A DNA stretch of 64,000 nucleotides from assembly GCF_006345805.1 (NCBI RefSeq), contig NC_043017.1:27652001-27716000 (forward strand), read 5' to 3'. This stretch comes from Octopus sinensis (taxonomy: Eukaryota). The notes under the pieces were generated by a model. That model was not told where the DNA came from, searched no databases, and was given only the letters and a program-made list of their open reading frames with translations. Positions 53,293 through 64,000 of the stretch are shown here, in pieces. Position 1 is the stretch's first letter. Every line of letters begins with the position of its first letter. The position numbers were made by a program, and so were the translations under genes.

Positions 53293-53677
53293 AACCACGT
53301 GGTTCCGGGTTCAGTCCCACTGCGTGGCATCTTGGGCAAGTGTCTTCTGCTATAGCCCCGGGCCGACCAATGCCTTGTGAGTGGATTTGGTAGACGGAAA
53401 CTGAAGGAAGCCTGTCGTATATATGTATGTATATATATATATATGTATATATGTGCATGTGTGTGTGTTTGTGTGTCTGTGTTTGTCTCCCTAGCATTGC
53501 TTGACAACCGATGCTGGTGTGTTTACGTCCCCGTCACTTAGCGGTTCGGCAAAAGACACCGATAGAATAAGTACTGGGCTTGCAAAGAATAAGTCCCGGG
53601 GTCGAGTTGCTCGACTAAAGGCGGTGCTCTAGCATGGCCGCAGTCAAATGACTGAAACAAGTAAAAGAGTAAAGAGT
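53293..53677 (+). mobile_element. SINE family A, 5'-clipped
   Basis: Colinear with family A from aaccacgtggttccgggttcag to gtaaaagagtaaagagt. Confidence 0.9.
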
Positions 53678-54075
53678 ATCTATGATAGCAATGGTTTCTC
53701 TTATTTATGTTGTTCTAGCTTATCGGAGGTCAACGTAATTGCAGATACTGATAACACATTGTAACAGGCAAAAATTGGTATGGGGAAAGTTATTACTGGC
53801 AAATGTGACTATTACTTTCTTTTATCGAATCTTGATTCCTGAAGTGCAGTGTTTAACTCGGCAAGTTGCAAGTTTCGATTTAATAAAATAAAGAACCAGA
53901 AAAATATTACAATATTTAATTGGTATTTCCAGCAAGAGGACCCTCCACTTACAAATAAAATCTACGTTATCCATTCCTTAAAATTCAAGTATTTCTATGT
54001 ATATATATATATGTGTGTGTGTTTGTGTGTATTTCAAATTTACAGCAAACAAAAGACGAAGACATTATTATTATA

Positions 54076-54137
<62 letters not shown>

Positions 54138-54476
54138 GTGTGTGTGTGTGTGTGATGTATGTATGTATGTATGTAGAGCAAAAACGCAATAGAAAACATT
54201 AAAACATTCGGACAGATCGACGATACAAAGGCGGACAAGAAAGAAAACAGTTAGGACAGGCAAAACAATTCGTGACTTTCTTTCCTCAGTCAAAATCCAG
54301 AAGTCACGACTATTTCGGACAGTTACACTTGAGATGGTTCGATCTGGTTACCCCCCCCCCAAATAGTCTAAGAGCTCTAGACCCCTTTATAAGAGATCTA
54401 GCGAATGTGTACGCCAACAAATACAAAAAACGGAGAACAGGGTACACAATTATGAATAATACATGTATATATCAAA

Positions 54477-54853
54477 TCTCTCTCTATATAAACGGCAGTT
54501 TGTCTGTGCGTGTTTCTGTGTGTCTGTTTGCTTGTACTCTCACCCTGACCACGGCTTTCACCGATTCTGATGAACTTGACACACACATACCCAATGTCAT
54601 AATTCAAAACTAACGCAGCGAAAATTTTGAAAAGTCCCCCCAGTTCTGAAAAAAATCGATAAATTCGACATGGGGTCGAGAATCAGAAACACAAACCGCA
54701 ACTTTCTAGGGGACGCAACTCCACCTTTTTTAACTAAAAACAAATTTACCATCATTTTTTCCATTTTTTTGCTATTTTTTGGCTATAACTCTCTAAAAAT
54801 GCTTTATAGTTATTTCCCTTACAAACCTGAGCAACGCCGGGCGATACTGCTAG
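54477..54853 (+). mobile_element. Complete non-autonomous Helitron (377 bp)
   Basis: A|TC start at 54477; GC-rich hairpin-like cctgagcaacgccggg at 54826-54841; CTAG at 54850-54853 followed by T (A|T insertion, no TSD). Confidence 0.85.
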
Positions 54854-55690
54854 TTGAATATACAACTGAAGGCGCTACTAATAATTTCATACTGTTATGG
54901 TTCTTGGATAGGCATTTTTATAAAATACGCCATGTGTCTTAAAGCAATCTTTCAGTCTCTAATTATGAGATCTACTTGCATATACATATGTATGTGTATT
55001 GGTGTGGGCGTGTGTATGAGTCTGTTTACGCCACCTATCACCGCTTGAGGACCAGCTTTGGCTTCTTTGAGTCCCAATATTTTAGCGATTCGTTAAAAGA
55101 AATTGATAGAATGAATTGCAGGCTTTTAAAAAGATTATTAGTACTGCAGTCGTTTCTTTGGACTGAAAATTTTTCACATAAGTGCCCCAGCATTGCCACA
55201 GACTAATATCTCAAAGAGGCAAGAAGAGATAAACAAGAAGACAAAGAGATAAAAGCTATGATGGATCGATAAAACTGTATATTTCGCGAACAGTTTACTA
55301 TTTCAGGAAACGAAAAATATGTCAGGAATATCTAATCTCTTGTGACAGATTTCCAAATATCTAGACAGGAGAATTGTACTGGCCACCCACATAGAATGTT
55401 GTCATTATAATGTATCACATCGGTATATCACCCATTTTCATCGTTGATTATATATTCAAGTTAAAAATGTCATGTTAGCGCATAGGAAATAATCGATAAT
55501 TTATATGTGTAATTTATTCATTGTTAAATAGTATTAGTGTTATTACTAATATATTTACTACAAATATACAATTGAAAAACTTGTTTGATTAAATTTCACT
55601 TTACGTTATAAATACATTCAATTCGAGAAATTAATTTTCATACGCACAATTAGAAATTTGAAAACGTATATCAATATAACTTAATATCAT

Positions 55691-56095
55691 AGGTTGTTGA
55701 TATGGGGGAACCGTTAGCGCGTTGTACAAAGGCAAACGTTCTTAGTTCAAATAACGCCGAGGTCGACTTTGTCTTTTATTATTTCAGGGTCGATAAAATA
55801 TGTACCAATTGTTCACTACGGTCGCTTTAATGTACTACCCCTCCCGCGAAATTGCTGGGCTTGTACAAATTTTTGACATCAGTATTATGATAATGTATGT
55901 TAGGTGGTACGCTGGCAGAATCGTTAGCACGCCAGACAAAGTAGTTCGCGGTATGCCGTCCGTCATTACGTTCTGATTTCAAATTTCCTCGAGGTCTACC
56001 TTGCCTTTCATCTTTCCGGAGGTCGATAAAATAAGTACCTTTGGAGCGATGAGCACAATGTTATCGACTAACCCTTCACACAAACTTACTGGATA
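55691..56095 (+). mobile_element. Two tandem older family B SINEs
   Basis: Two ccgttagc/tcgttagc...ttcaaat..gaggtc.ac.ttg.ctt..gtcgataaaata blocks. Confidence 0.75.
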
Positions 56096-56160
56096 TGCGA
56101 ACATTTAAAAGCAATATTGTTGTTAATGCGCACTGTAAAATTATTTATAATGTCTACATA

Positions 56161-56580
56161 GGCGCAGGAGTGGCTCTGTGGTACGTAGCTTGCTTACCAA
56201 CTACATGGTTTGGGGTTCAGTCCCACTGCATGGCACTTACGGCATGTGTCTTCTACTATAGCCTCGGGTCCACCAAAGCCTTGTGAGTGGATTTGGAAGA
56301 TGGAAACTGAAACAAGCCCGTCGTATATATGCATGTATAAATATATATGTATTTGTATGTATGTTTGTGTGTATATGCTTCTGTGTCTTTGTTTGTCCCT
56401 CAACATCGCTTGGCAACCGATGCTGGTGTGTTTACGCACCCTAACTTAGCGGTTCGGCAAAAGTGACCGATAGAATAAGTAGTAGGCTTACAAAGAATTA
56501 GTCCTCGGGTCGATTTCTTCGACTAGAGGCGGTGCTCCAACTAGGCCACTGTCAAATGACTAAAACAAGTAAAAGAGTAA
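56161..56580 (+). mobile_element. SINE family A, full length
   Basis: Colinear with 742-1164. Confidence 0.9.
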
Positions 56581-57116
56581 CGAAAATATATTCCGAAATG
56601 TTACCAGCTAAATGGAGAACACTAGAGCAATATTTGTCCTCTTATGCTTTACTATTATTAGTCTTCAGTTTCAAAACGCACAGGTGTACGGCTGCTTACG
56701 ACGTTTTTCTTTTTAATTATATTGAGCGCTGACATAGTTCAGGTAAACTTATGTTATCGATTTTATGGCCAAACAGAAGTTACGTAAGAGAAAAAAATGG
56801 AATTACGTATTTCAAGGAGTGTAAATAGAGAAGACGTATTTGCACGTACGACAGATTTCCTAGCAATTTCTTTATACAAAAACGTTTGAGAATTGCTCAA
56901 CAGGAAATCTATATTCGAAATCATTTGCCAAAGATGGCACCTAGTAGAAGTGAATACCAAAATCCGGGAATACGGAGTGAAATTCCTAATAGCAAAAAAA
57001 TGTCAGGGCCTAATTATAAAACTCATTTAAAAACTCAGGCTCATTTCAGGTGTTATCTCCTCCGAGCACTGCATTTGTAAAAAAATTCTTTGATATATAT
57101 CCGTGTATATATATCC

Positions 57117-57195
<79 letters not shown>

Positions 57196-57589
57196 GTATG
57201 TATGTATGTATATTCACATGCACCTATATTCATATTTACAAGTGGGTTATGTTACTGCTTAGGTCAAATGGTTTGGTTTGCCTGGGGTTGCAGTAGTAGT
57301 CACTTGTCCAGAATGCCACACAGTGGGACTGATTCTGGGACTATGTAGTTCAGAAACAAAATTCTTACTGCTGAACAATGCCAACACCTATAAAATATAT
57401 AGGTGAAGTTGTATGTATTGATATATGTGTGTGAAAATAGAATAAAGTTTAGCAAAACATTTTTTTTTTCTGTTGAAATTCAAACGTAACCGTGCAAGGA
57501 GTGGATGAGAAAAATTAGGCATCTGCTTTGCTGCAGTATATTGACTATGCTTTCAAATGCACCCGTAACAATATGGATTATATATATAT

Positions 57590-57631
<42 letters not shown>

Positions 57632-58539
57632 TGTATGTACATATATGTATGTACATATATGTATGTATGTATGTATATGTATGTGTGAATGTGTGCGTGC
57701 ATGTGTGTATCAGTGTGTGTCTTTGTGCATATACATACATACATTATATATATAAATGCATATGAATGTGTGTACGTGCGTTTACACGCACGCATAGTTT
57801 TTTTTCGATACTGTCTTTAATCTTATTGGCAGAGTACGTATTGCTGTATTCATTCTGTTAATACGAAACAAATATTGATAATAATGTTTCTTTCCACGCT
57901 TATCACACACACCACACACTATATATATATAAGAATATATATTGTATTATGTATATGAGTATGTATGTATATGATATATATGTGTATATGAGTATATATG
58001 TATGTATGTAATATGTATATGAGTATATATGTATGTATGTATGTATATGAGTATATATGTATGTATATATGTGTATTCAATTATCTATTACTGTATTTTA
58101 TTTCATTTATTTTAACTTTACATATACATAGAAATAACAGAAGCAAGACAGAGTGTGACGCGAAGTGTTCTGGAGCTATATACGTATGATCAAATAAGAA
58201 ACTATACGAATATGAAGACGAAAAACTTGATATTTGAAGAGACAGTTTGACTGCTAATATCAAGAAATCAACGATATCATGTTGATATAGAGAAAAATGT
58301 AAAAACATAAATATACAGAAAATAATATAGACTTTTCAAAACTAATAACTGCTTTACTAAATGTACATATGCTACGCTCATATTTTCTATGACGTGTGCT
58401 CACAAAACCATATACACCAGAAACAAATGCTCTTAGAATTTGTAGATACAAGAATCTCTATGCACATATGTATGTATGTACATCATGTGGTACACATAGA
58501 TAGACAGATCGATAGTTAGATAATAGATCGATTTATCGA

Positions 58540-58928
58540 TTGGCCGAGAGAAACTTCGATACACACACACACACACATACATACACACACACTTATATAT
58601 ATATATATACATATACATACATACATATATACATACACACATATATATATGCATATATACACACATAGACATATACACATTCGCATATATATATGTGTAT
58701 ATAAATATGGCCGTGTGTGTGAGTGTGTAAATATATGTATGCATGTATACACACATAGAGACATATACACATTCGCATATATATTATTAATATATATATA
58801 TATGCACATTTATATATATAACAGATCTATGTACGTATCTGTGTATATATATATATGGGATGTACATGTATATATAAACAGATCTATGTATGTGTCTGTA
58901 TGTATATATTAATAATATATAAGTATAG

Positions 58929-58964
<36 letters not shown>

Positions 58965-59096
58965 ATATATGCACATTTATATATAAACAGATCTATGTAC
59001 GTATCTGTGTATTATATATATATGGTATGTACATGTATATATAAACAGATCTATGTATGTGTCTGTATGTATATATATATATATATATAAGTATAG

Positions 59097-59144
<48 letters not shown>

Positions 59145-59250
59145 CTTTGTGTATATATGCATGTGTATATGTATGTACGTCCGTACGTATGTATATATTC
59201 ATCTATGTATGTATGTATGTGTCCATATATACGTATATAGGTGGGAGAGG
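58540..59250. repeat. TA/CA microsatellite containing a tandem duplication with about 167-bp period
   Basis: gcacatttatatata..acagatctatgtacgtatctgtgta...aagtatagt starts at 58804 and 58971. Confidence 0.85.
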
Positions 59251-59636
59251 AAGAGAGAGAGAGAGAAATTTTTGCTAAAATATTTCATCAATCAAACCAC
59301 ACTGAATGCAATAATCGATTTTCTAAACTATAACACCAATCCTTCGGTGTATTTTTATTTGATTGTATTTCATCGTTGTTTGCATTTTCATATTCTTGTG
59401 GAAAACATTCGCCAGCATTAATATTGATTGAGCAATTGAACAATTGTTCTGTCGAAATATGTAATGGTGTGTGCATATAGCAGTTGGCTTCACTTTGGAA
59501 ATTAGTCTCTACCGACTCTTTTCATATTATTACCGATGATTCACTACCTTACTTCATAGCAGCTTACTTTCATATTCATACTATATTATTATTATGTTGT
59601 TGTTGTTATTATTATTGTCGTTATTGTTGTTATATA

Positions 59637-59852
59637 ACGTGGTGAGCTGGCTGGGTAGTTAGCTCGCCGGTCGAAAATACTTTGCGGCATTTCATTCGTC
59701 ATTGCTTACTGAGTTCAAATTACACCGCGGTTGACTTTGCCTTTCATCCTGTCGGGGTCAATAAATTCAGCATCAGAGAAATACTGAGGTTGATATAACC
59801 AACTAGACACCCCCCCAAAAAAAATTTCAGGTCTTTTACATATAGTAGAAAC
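59637..59852 (+). mobile_element. SINE family B (alternative tail)
   Basis: ggtgagctggc...gagttcaaattacaccgcggttgactttgcctttcatcctgtcggggtcaataaa. Confidence 0.8.
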
Positions 59853-59856
59853 TATT

Positions 59857-59901
59857 TCTCTTCTTCTTCTTCTTCTTCTTCTTCTCCTTCTCCTTCTCCT
59901 T

Positions 59902-59932
<31 letters not shown>

Positions 59933-60225
59933 TTATTATTATTATTATTATTATTATTTTTCTTCTTCTTATTATTATTATTATTATTATTATTTTTCTT
60001 CTTCTTATTATTATTATTATTATTTTTCTTATTATTATTATTATTTTTCTTCTTCTTCTTATTATTATTTTTCTTCTTCTTCTTCTTCTTATTATTATTA
60101 TTATTATTTTTCTTCTTCTTCTTATTATTATTATTTTTCTTCTTATTATTATTATTGTTCTTCTTCTTCTAATTATCATCATTATTGTTATTATTATTAT
60201 TATTATTGTTATTATTATTATTTAG
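59857..60225. repeat. Alternating (TTC)n/(TTA)n compound microsatellite
   Basis: Direct reading; explains the IIIRRR ORF. Confidence 0.97.
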
Positions 60226-60722
60226 TTCATTGTTTAGTTCACCTACTGTCCATGCGATTACCTGTGCGCCATATCTAAGTAGATCTTATTCTGTCCGTTT
60301 AATTTCGACTTACGGATAAGTTTCTGTCTGCGCAACTACTCCACCTTAAATTTTTGTCATCTCTTTCTCCATCAATTTATTCATTTTCTATATCCCCATG
60401 TGCTTATAGCCCGTCTCTTCTCTCTGTTTCATAACCTCCCACTATGGTATCGCTAGAAAGTTCATACGCTTGATTTTTCCACTCTTCAAAATTATTATTA
60501 TTAATAATAATACATAAGGGCAGCGTACGGACAGAATCATTAGCCTGCTGGGCAAAACACCTAGCATCAATACCTCAGTCTTTATGTCCTGTGTTCAAAT
60601 GCTACCGAGTCGTTTCATTCTTTCGGGGCCGATGAAATAGCGTACCATCTGAGTACTGAGGTACGATGTAAATGACGGACCCCCTTCTCCTAAATGTTAA
60701 GCATTGTAGTAATTGTAGAAAA

Positions 60723-61093
60723 ATTTATCACCTCCGACTTAGCAAAGGCGGAGGTCTTGTTTGCAATCGTGTTTGTTTGTTTGACTTTGGACAAGATATC
60801 TGTAGAACCGTTGGATGGATTCGGATGAAACTTTCAGGAATATTTGGCCTCCTGACTAACATAGACTGATTTGATTTTGGGATTGGTCCGATACCGGACA
60901 AGGATTCTGGATTATTTTTCCGGTTTTTTAAACTTAAATTTTGAGAGCGGTCGGATTCATTTTTACTATTCTTGTTTGTGATAGCAGTCGAATTTATTTC
61001 AGACATTCTCGTTTTAATAATAATCTCTGGCTTATCTTTGAGAGGAAGCTGGCGTTGCCTTGGCGGTGGTTTGCGCTCTCTGAGTGCTCTTGT
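60723..61093 (+). mobile_element. Helentron-associated non-autonomous element (HINE/DINE-1-like)
   Basis: 5' acctccg...cggaggt hairpin 60730-60755, then gtttgtttgt microsatellite; 3' subterminal ccttggcggtggt 61058-61070 and terminal hairpin gcgctc-tct-gagtgc 61073-61087; T-rich flanks. Confidence 0.7.
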
Positions 61094-61119
61094 TATTATT
61101 GTTATCATCATTATCATTA

Positions 61120-61550
61120 AGTCGGTGAGCTGGCAGAATCGCTTAACCACGAGAGAAAATACTAACGCTTTTCACTTATCTCTACGTCCTGGGTTTAAAT
61201 TCTGCTCAAATCGGCTTTTTATTTCAATGCTCTAGTGATTATAAAATGAGTAACAGTCAAGCAAATGTACTGATGTAATCGACTTCAATTTCCCCTCGAA
61301 ATCCGCTGGGTCTGTGCCAAACTTTACTATTTTTATTGGGTGACAAGATGGAAAAATCGATGAAGCTTCGAACAAAATGTTTAGCGGAAATTTGTCCTTT
61401 TGTAAGTTCTAAATTCAGACTTGATCGAGGTAGACTTTGCTTTTTTTTTTCCTTTCGGAGGTCAACAAATTAAGTACTATTGAAACTCTGGGGTCGATGT
61501 AATCGACTACTCCCTTCCCCACAAATATGAGGCCTTATATCTCGAGTAGT
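61120..61550 (+). mobile_element. Two tandem degenerate family B SINEs
   Basis: gtgagctggcagaatcg... and ...gactttgc..tcctttcggaggtca...ctggggtcgatgtaatcgact. Confidence 0.7.
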
Positions 61551-61569
61551 AATAATAATAATAATAATA

Positions 61570-61599
<30 letters not shown>

Positions 61600-61600
<1 letters not shown>

Positions 61601-61927
61601 TACGTTTGACTTTTGCTTTGTATTTGTACAAGTTGGCTCCAAGTCTCACCCAGAGACCTCAAGAGACAACAGGTTGGAAGTTCATGTTGTTGTTATGCCT
61701 AGTGTGCCATATATTTGGGGGGGGGGGAGTTTTTGGTGTTGTACTAATGAATGTCTAAAAAAAAAAAATTTTTTTTATTAACCGAAAATTATGTTTGTTT
61801 TAAACTTTGAGATTACATAGAAGGTATTTTGCGTAGGATATGAGCAGTTCCCATGAGCACTATCTTTTCAATTTCTGTCATTTTTGGGTTTCCTGGTATC
61901 TGAGTTTGGTAGCTATCAGCCCCTTTT
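61600..61927 (-). mobile_element. R4/Dong-like (RLE) LINE 3' end inserted in (TAA)n
   Basis: Minus strand KGADSYQTQIPGNPKMTEIEKIVLMGTAHILRKIPSM* (stop 61813-61815), 3'UTR to about 61600, (TAA)n on both sides. Confidence 0.8.
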
Positions 61928-62580
61928 ATTATTATTATTACTATCATCACTATTATTATTGTTGTTGCTGTTGTTGTTATTGAGGAAACGACAATGAAAA
62001 TCACCGTTTGCTATTTAACACTATCTTTTTTTATGAAAGACTCTATGAACACCAATGAGAGAGCTTCGTTATAAATCTTCAGAAACAAATTTGTTTGACA
62101 TCGACCTGAATGTATTTAATAACCTGACTATATTTGATAACATAGAGCCTTTGATGAAAGGTCTCCTTGATCAAATCTGTATAATTGGTAATAAAACATA
62201 GGATGAACACACGTCATATATTTAATAATTGCAACCTGTGACATACAAAAATCCAGAATGCTGAAAACAGCTAAGTCTTTGATCATCAGCTTCTTTAATG
62301 AGAGCTTATCCGGGATAAAATATAATCATACGACACAATATTTACTTCATTCAGACACTGACTTATTGCAGAAAAATGGTTAGTTTATAGGTGACCAACT
62401 GCTTTTAAAAATCATCAGCTCCACATCCTAACGTATAATGTAGTTAAAATATTACATTTTTCTTTTCATTCCTTTTTGCTGCTTGCTGCTGTTCTTCTTA
62501 GAGTTTTTTTTTTGTTGTCTAGCTAGTAAAAGGAATTAATTTCCTCTCCAAATGTGGCTATCCAGTCTTTGTTTAGATGT

Positions 62581-62692
62581 GTTTCTTTATTAGCCACACA
62601 GGGCTGAATACAGACGGGACAGATTACAAAGTAGAGCCTTCCTTTTTTGGAAGAAAAAAAAAGTGGGTTAAGTTTTCGATCAAAAGGAATCA
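62581..62692 (-). mobile_element. Second copy of the 47343-47466 retroelement 3' fragment
   Basis: Reverse complement reads ccttttgatcgaaa...gctctactttgtaatctgt...cagccctgtgtggctaataaagaaac. Confidence 0.7.
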
Positions 62693-63406
62693 TAACAAAA
62701 AAAAAACCGATTAATAGGGATCGTGTAGGGCCTACTGTTTTTTTCTTAAAGCGAGAGGTATTGCTTATATTTCATTAGCTGATTTGGCTACCACTTTCTA
62801 TTGCAACCTGTTCAATTTGACTGAAAAGCAACAGCGAGCAAATATATGATTGCTTCACATCCATAACTCCAAATACACAAATATATATTTATCTATTTAT
62901 ATTGCTAGTATTTTTCAAGTGGAAATTAGTTACAATTCCATTCCAATCTATGCACTTGAAAATTGAAGATTTATTATGCCATTAATCATTCTTTGTACAT
63001 CTTAATAACAAATGTCAATAAATAATAATTACGATAATAAGGAAATCGTTTTCTTCAAAAATTAGTGAGACTAATAAAATTACAGGCTTTCATACTATAC
63101 ATCAATCCTTTTTCTGAAGTGTGTGTGAGACTGTGTATGTGTATCTCCAACTGCAAGTAAACGTGTGTGCATCTCGAACCTACAAGATTAAATAAGAGAG
63201 ACAGAGACAGGCAGAAACAAGGAAGATGCCACTTGTAATTGAACATTATACAAATATTCTTTTCTTTTAATTGCTTTTAATTTTCTTTTATTTTTTCTAA
63301 ATTCAATTATTTAATTGTTACAGTGGAAAAAGTCTCAATGACTGAAACCGGTACTGAATTGTTTTTTTATAAAATTACGTTAGCATTTTCTATCTTGACT
63401 TTTTTT

Positions 63407-63452
<46 letters not shown>

Positions 63453-63852
63453 GTGTGTGTCACTGTGTGGGTGTTTTGGTTTGGGTTTTTTTCTCATTAT
63501 CTCTGTATCTGTGTGCGTGTGTAATATCACCTACGTGATATCTGAACGGATATTACATAGTCATAACTGAGGCGGTTAAGTCGTTTCTTATCAATTACTA
63601 GTTATTTTATCAACCTCAAAAAAATAAGCGAGATAGCTGAAATCTGCAATATTTTAAATCAGAACGTAGTGAGCAAGAAAAAATACCATAAAGTATTTTG
63701 TACGGTGTGGTATTTCTTTTTCAAACATAATAGCGACGACTCTTTCACGTCACAGCTCATAACTAGAAAAGAGGTTTGCCCTCAGTTTCACAGAAATGTG
63801 CAACCTTTTCTCCATCTGTAGCGGATGTATCATGGAATGCATGTTTCATACA

Positions 63853-64000
63853 TACTCTTTTACACTCTTTTACTCTTTTACTTGTTTCAGTCATTTGACT
63901 GCGGCCATGCTGGAGCACAGCCTTTAATCGAACAACTCAGCCCCGGGACTTATTCTTTTGTAAGTCCAGTACTTATTCTATCGGTCTCTTTTGCCGAACC
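63853..64000 (-). mobile_element. SINE family A 3' part, cut by the window edge
   Basis: tactcttttacttgtttcagtcatttgactgcggccatgctggagcac. Confidence 0.9.

Noticed and set aside
56886-57080. 64-aa ORF with protein-like composition
   Set aside because: No motif I can assign and no clear splice boundaries.
2286-59421. Numerous long YI/IY/CV/HT-rich ORFs, plus [14 protein letters not shown] and NNNDDD ORFs
   Set aside because: They are translations of di-, tri- and tetranucleotide microsatellites.

Overview
AT-rich eukaryotic genomic DNA dominated by repeats, with one 100-N scaffold gap (31246-31345). The SINE types suggest an octopus or other coleoid cephalopod; this is inference, not a database match. 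No host protein-coding gene could be identified with confidence, and nearly all ORFs in the track are microsatellite or SINE read-through. The window holds several tRNA-derived SINE families built from exchangeable modules, two mariner-type MITEs, two long hairpin elements, a complete non-autonomous Helitron, a Helentron-type (HINE) element and two R4/Dong-like LINE 3' ends in (TAA)n tracts. It also holds several hammerhead-ribozyme-like motifs next to (TA)n tracts. The most striking structure is a TSD-bounded RTE LINE insertion (15824-18635): an inverted RT fragment, then 15 tandem copies of a 162-bp in-frame unit, then the true RTE C-terminus and a (GATA)n tail. All alignments and folds were done by eye, so repeat boundaries are approximate unless TSDs or termini are quoted.
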